Source: the human T2T-CHM13v2.0 reference genome, Homo sapiens | Direction: 5' to 3' (one strand) | Assembly (NCBI RefSeq): GCF_009914755.1 | Contig: NC_060926.1 | DNA: 64,000 bases | Shown here: in pieces, positions 56,320 through 64,000 of the stretch | How the letters are laid out: each line of letters starts with the position of its first letter | How positions within the stretch are numbered: the stretch's first letter is position 1 | Position numbers and translations under genes: made by a program | Notes under the pieces: model-generated | What the model was told of the DNA's origin: nothing | The model's input: only the letters and a program-made list of their open reading frames with translations | Databases searched by the model: none

Positions 56320-57625
56320 TCAACACAATTCCTATCAAATCAACATCATTTTTCATAAAATTAGAGAAAATAATCACAAAATTCATATGGAATCAAAAAA
56401 AGAGCCCAAATAACCAAAGCAGTCCTAAGCAAAAAGAACAAAGCTGGAGACATCATATTACCTGATTTCAAATTATACCACAAGGCTGTAGTAACTAAAA
56501 CATCATGGTACCGGTATAAAAATGGACATATAGGTCAATTGAACAGAATAGAGAATGCAGAAATAAAGCTACATACCTACAATCAACTGATCTTTGACAA
56601 AGTCAATGAAAATATACACTGGGGAAAGGACACTGTATTCAATAAATGGTTCCGGGATAACTGGCTAGCCATGTGCAGAAGAATGAAACTGGGCCTTTAT
56701 CTTTCACCATATACAAAAATTAATCCAAGATGGATTGAAGACTTAAATGTAAGACCTGAAACTGTAAAAATCTTAGAAGAAAATCTAGGAAAAACTCTTC
56801 TGGACATTGGGCTCGGCAAAGAATTTATGAATAAGACCCCAAAAGTAAATGGGACTTAATTAAACTAAAAAGATTCTGTATAGCAAAAGAAATAATCGAT
56901 AGAGTAGATAGACAATCTACAGAATGGGAGAATATATTTGTAAACTATGTATCTGACAAAGGATTACGAATTAGTCCATTTTTATGCTGCTGATAAAGAC
57001 ATATTCAAGACTGGGCAATTTACAAAAGAAAGCGGTTTATTGGACTTACAGTTCCACATGGCTGGGGGAGCTTCACAATCATGGCAGAAGGCAGGGAGCA
57101 GCAGGTCACGTCTTACATGAATGGCAGCAAGCAAAGAGAAAGCTTGTGCAGGAAAAGTCCCCCTTTTAATAAACATCAGATCTCATGAGTCTACTTACTA
57201 CCATGAGAACAGCACAGGAAAGACCTGCCCCCACGATTCAATTACCTCCCACCGGGTCCCTCCCACAACACGTGGGAATTCAAGATGAGATCTGGGTGGG
57301 GACACAGCCAAGCCATATCATTACACCCCCAAAATAAAAATCTTAGAAGAAAATCTAGGAAAAACTCTTCTGGACATTGGCCTCAGCAAATAATTTATGA
57401 CTAAGACCTCAAAAGCAAATGCAACAAAACCAAAAATAGACAAATGCAACTTAATTAAACTAAAAAGATTCTGTATGGCAAAAGAAATCAATAGAGTAAA
57501 TAGATGATCTAAAGAATGGGAGAAAATATTTGTAAACTATGTGTCAGACAAAGGACTAATATCCAGAATCTACAATGAACTAAACAAGAAAAAACAAATA
57601 ATCTCATTTAAAAGTAGACAAAGAT
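56320..57625 (+). mobile_element. L1 (L1PB-like) ORF2 fragment, interrupted by THE1 and internally duplicated
   Basis: ORF 56539..56859 (NRIENAEI...YNQLIFDK...[44 protein letters not shown]) is L1 ORF2p. Confidence 0.9.
56967..57320 (-). mobile_element. THE1 (THE1A/B-like) MaLR LTR
   Basis: attagtccatttttatgctgctgataaagacata...gggcaatttacaaaagaaag...gggtggggacacagccaagccatatca. Confidence 0.92.
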
Positions 57626-57626
57626 T

Positions 57627-59255
<1,629 letters not shown>

Positions 59256-62200
59256 AGTAGTCACCACCACCCCCTTTTCATGATCTAATTGCTGATTCTT
59301 AGACTCTGAAATAGATAAAAGTAAAAGCACAGAGTCCATCACTTATCCTCACAGCTATCTGTGCTGGATCTCTTGCTGAAGCCTTGTCAATAAATTGGTG
59401 GGAGGAGAATTGGTGGGTAAACAATGAAGTATAGCATATGTTTTATTCATTTTTATTAGGAACTATGCAAAGGGTGGAATGTGCTTTCATTTTGGGTTTC
59501 TTAGTTGTCATCCACTCCCCACTTTAGGATTATTTCACTGGCAATGAAATTCAGATTCTAAGGCAAGCAATCTCCCCTCTCTTTTCGAGCTCCATAACAG
59601 AGGGAGAGGAAAGAATGCCATCAAATTTCCAACAGCATTTCAAGGTCTCCTTCAGCCCCAGGATTTATTCACAACTCACTGTCCACTCACTATCTCATCC
59701 AGCAGGATTTGTTCTCTTTGTCTCTATTTTCTCTCTGTAAAGCTGAAGCAATCACCCTTAATGCCAGGTAAGGTGTTTTGAGATCCTAAGATGAAAGGAT
59801 TTGAGCCCATCAACATGGAGTTTGGAACTGCTTCATCGTATATGTCTCTAAACCTTTCATTCAGCACTGAACAGTTCTGTAATTCTGTTCCCTTTAAAGT
59901 AAATGTACCAAGTGGGGAGCTGACGGTATATTGCCTTTAAGGACACCAAATGTCCTACTTTCAGAAAACAGCCTGTTTGTTTCTGAGGCAGCCTTTGGCT
60001 GCTGCTCCAGATTCCCTGAAATAAGCAAAACCTCCCAAAGCAGCTGGGAGATGCAGCTGCTCCGGGCTCCTCCAGATTCACACCTGGAGTGAGAACATTC
60101 AGGTTCCCATTCTTTGCTGGCCTCCTCCTCCCCACTCTCAACTGGATATAACAGCTGCCCCTGCCCTGCCTTTCCCACCTTTGACCCACCCAACCTTAGA
60201 TCTATCAATCCAAGGAGGGTGGTTTGCTCTCAGTAGTGCTCTTCATACTCTCTGTGGGGCAGTGAACTCCTCTTTTCAAATTCAATTTTCTTCTGATCTC
60301 GGACTATATGACAAATCGTAGTAAAGCAGTTTTAGACACAGGGTTTGGGGTAAGGGGCTGCAGGACCTCGCTGCTGCATCACCCTCTGACCCCTCTACCA
60401 CTTCATACTCATATGCTAGGACCAAGTCACACTCCCAGAACCCTGGGTCTCCTTCCAACATGATCTGAAACTAATGGGAGGAAAAAAGAACATATTTAGC
60501 TCTGTAAATGGGGTCATAAAAGGGAGTAAAAAATGAGATTGTATCACCAGATGACATTCCTAACAAAAAGTAATGGTGAAGAGCAGCAGTTAAACTTTAG
60601 AGACCAACGCACAAGCTCAGAAGTCAGGACACTTAGGGAACAGCATCCTCTGGCCTTGATTCCCGGTGCAACCTCAGGAGAGTTACTTAAGTTCTCTGGG
60701 CTTCAGTTTCTTTTTCAGTTAAGTGTTAATGATATTGACCCATTCCCTTAGGTCTTTGCAAGCAGTCATTGGCAAAGGTCTTCCCTCCTCCAATAATATT
60801 TTAAAAGAAACAATGGGAACTGATGACAAAACATCTTTGCTGCATAAAACTCATGTTTTACAAAATTTCATGTGAGCCAAAATGTAATCCCAATTATAAC
60901 TACATTTGAAATAATTATTCACTCACACATGATCATTTTCCTTTATTGAAGTCTAAACCTGTGCTTAAAATTGATTAAGGCATCTATATTTTATAACATT
61001 CTATATGATGCATTTATTCCCTTTTCTTTGCAATATATTCCCACTAAAACTTGTTCAAGCTAAGTCTGATATTTTTAGGACATGATTTTTAAGTGGTATC
61101 TGTGTGCAAATTACAGTAGCAAATCCAAATTAAATTGTTTTTACTTTAATGTATAATGTCAAACAGATAAATACCTAATTTGTATTCTTGGGAATTGAGA
61201 GACTGGTATTAAAAAATATCAACATAATAACGTGCTTAAAATCAGAAATTCAGGAAAAATTCGGAATTTACACTGAGATTCTGCCTCATAAAATCATTTT
61301 CATCTTAAAGTTGGTCTTGAAGCTTCTGGATAAAAAAAAAAAAAAAAGGTCAGCACATTTCACACAGAAAGCAAAGACAGCCCATAGGCAGTAGATGGAG
61401 AGGAATAAGGAAAGAAAGCCAACCCCATCTTAAAGCTCTCCTTCCTTCTTACCTTTTTGTTTTCTGCTGTAAGTGTCCCCAACCTGGTTCCTTTCGGCTT
61501 GACTCTATGTTAGTTACACTGTTCGTTTCTATGTCTGTTTACAATGTACAAGACACCTTCATGCCCATCTCCTATCATTTCATTCTTACAACAATCTCAA
61601 AACACATGGTGAGCAGCCCTCTTTCTACCAGTTCTCCAGAGGAGGCAAGCAGGCTCTGGAGAGGATCTGACCACCCCAGCTGCCTGGCCGAGTGGGGCTC
61701 CAGACCTCTTCCTGCTCCTCTGTCCAGTCTGCCTAGCACTGATGTCACAGGTGCCCACTTTTGGGGCCCCGTTTGCCTTTTAGGACCTCTCCACAAACCT
61801 TCCCAGGAACAGAGGAGACCTGTGAGTTCAGGGCAGGGGCTCCCTCAGGAAGAGCACTGACTGCAGCCCTAAGACCTGAGTTCTGATTCTAGTCTTGGCC
61901 CTGCCTGACTCAGCAGCATCAGACACTTCATTTATTCTGTCTAGGCCTCAGTCACCCCATCCATAAACTGGGGTTGTAAATGTGGCTCGCCCACCTCATC
62001 GGCATACTAGGAAACTCAACATAGTACATAACATAGATGGAAATGGTCTTATTTCACTGTGTCCCATAAGCCACTGGAGATGTCCTCTTGGGGCCTATGT
62101 CCTGGGGGATCGTGATCCTTCAGAGTCCCCCCAGACTCCTGGAGCCTGCCAGGCACAGGACCTTGGGGAAAGAAAGAGCAGCATTCATTGGTGCTCTGAC

Positions 62201-63039
62201 CTTCCCCTTGCGATCTGCCAAGGAGGCTGCTCTGGAGGGGCCCTTCCTGCCCATCAGTCCAGCCCTCCTAGTGGCTCCCCAATTATATCAAAGGCCAGGT
62301 TCCCACTCCCGCCCTGCCTCAGTCAGGGGCCATCAATGACTTGATGAAAGTTAAAGCCACAGCTCTGAGATGCAGGAGTCAGCCCCCTGTGCTCACCCCT
62401 GTAGAGCCTGCTGGGACAGTCAAGGCTTGGAAGTGAGTCAAGCAGGGAGTGGGGTGTGGGAAGGGGAGTGCAGAGATGGCAGCTCCAAGCAGCAACTGCT
62501 TCTCCAGCCTCCTGTCACGGGGCTGCTCTCCTCCCTCCTGACACCCCCAGGACTGAGCCCACTATGCTCCAGGGCTCATTAAATGTTTACCTGGTTAAAG
62601 CTTCAAGCTAGGATTAGGCAGGTTCTGGCTTGAGAAATCTGCAATGCTAATCAGGGATGGGCCAGAGGGGGTGATCTGGGATCCTGAGCCCCAGCAGCAG
62701 CCCCTTTGTGGGGGTGGGGGGCCCTGAGTTAAGGGGTTGGGGGACAGAGGAACCCTGTGCCTGGTTTAACCATGTGTTACACACACAGTTTTTAGACATG
62801 CCTTTGAGCGCTTTAAGTCCACTGGACATCCCGAATAGGAGACGCAGCTACTGTGAGTCCCCCTTCGTTTTCCTAAAAGGTCTCAGGGAACAAGTCCAGA
62901 ATTACGGGAGGCACCTGCATCTACATCTGGCCAGAGAGCTGAGCCCAACGCAGAGCTGCTGGTCAGCTGCAGGGAGCCGCAGCTTCTGGAAGATTCTCCT
63001 TGTCATCATCTAAAGTGTTCTGGCGGAGTAACAATACTG

Positions 63040-63530
63040 CCAGTAAGAGCTGGCATTGAGTGATACTACGCATTGAGCTTTCAGACCATTTACATGCAGT
63101 ATTTTGTTTAATTTTCACAATGGTTGTGCAATGTAGGAACAATGAGGAAACTGAGGTTCACCCATGCAAGTCAGCACAGCCTGTAAGAGGCAGCAAAGCT
63201 GAACTAGGGCTGAGGTCTGACTTGAGGGCCTGAGTTCCTAACCAGCGTGCTGTTCTGAACTGCCTTCCAGGCATGAACAGTCTTTACAGATGACATCTGG
63301 GGGCTCTTTCAAGAAGAAAGGCAACAAATGTGTCTACTGAGCACCTACTCTGAGCTGGAATTCTGTACTCATGTCTTGTCATCTTCATGACAGTCCTGTG
63401 TGGTGAATACTCTCATCTCCGGTTTACAGATTAGAAAACTGAACTTGGGGATAGTCAATGACTCACTCAAGCTATCAAACTGGGCTCCAAACCCAGGTCC
63501 GTCTGACTCCAGTGCCCATCACCTTCCCAC
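63040..63530. mobile_element. MIR SINE fragments (two)
   Basis: atgaggaaactgaggttca (63142-63160) and tttacagattagaaaactgaac...ctccaaacccaggtccgtctgactcca. Confidence 0.6.
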
Positions 63531-64000
63531 CAGGCTGATCTGAGTGTGTTTATTTGTGATTCTCACTCCACTTTGGGGGCTCCTATAGTTGCCCAACAAA
63601 ACCATTAAAAGGGGAGGAAGCCCCTGGGGGTGCCACAGAATCAAGGGGTAAAGGAACCATGAGTTCAGGCTGGGAAGTGACATTTCAGAGAATTTCTAGA
63701 AGTCCCCAAATCCTGGGAGTTACTGACCCACCTTTTGAAAAATCTTGCTTTCAGAGCCATTAACTCAGAGTGCCTGAGATATTAAATCCCGTGTTTTTAA
63801 AAAAAGGCTTCCAGGTGACAATACCAGACCAAGAGGCAGATGAAATTTGCTTAGATTCTCCTTCTCATTCTCTGAGTGACTTCAGGTAAGTCAATTATCA
63901 TCTCAGGGCCTCAGTTTCCTGATAAGACTTCTTAAAGCCCCTTCTACCTCTATTCTCTGATCCTGCAGTTGGATCTATCTCAGCCTAGGAGTGACTCCCA

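Overview
Human (primate) genomic DNA at the 5' end of ALK (anaplastic lymphoma receptor tyrosine kinase, 2p23 from recall), transcribed on the minus strand. Exon 1 has 667 coding nt (18626-17960) and a ~0.95 kb 5'UTR inside a CpG island with a TATA-less GC-box/CCAAT/octamer promoter. Positions 1-17959 are the start of intron 1. Positions ~20100-64000 are repeat-rich upstream DNA (Alu, L1, HAL1, L2, MIR, MaLR/ERVL/ERV1 LTRs, hAT and Tigger MITEs, microsatellites). No other credible protein-coding gene, RNA gene or CRISPR array was found, and I cannot support a wholly new biological system. The most notable observations are: a near-consensus REST/RE1 site inside the ALK coding exon; three upstream AUGs sharing one uORF frame; a 390-codon antisense ORF with downstream poly(A) signals; a strong CTCF motif 1.7 kb upstream; a ~355 bp unique segment copied into the (TA)n tract of an MLT2 LTR 2.4 kb away; and a THE1 LTR flanked by a ~200 bp duplication instead of a 5 bp TSD. 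Repeat family names come from my recall of consensus sequences, and old-repeat boundaries are approximate.
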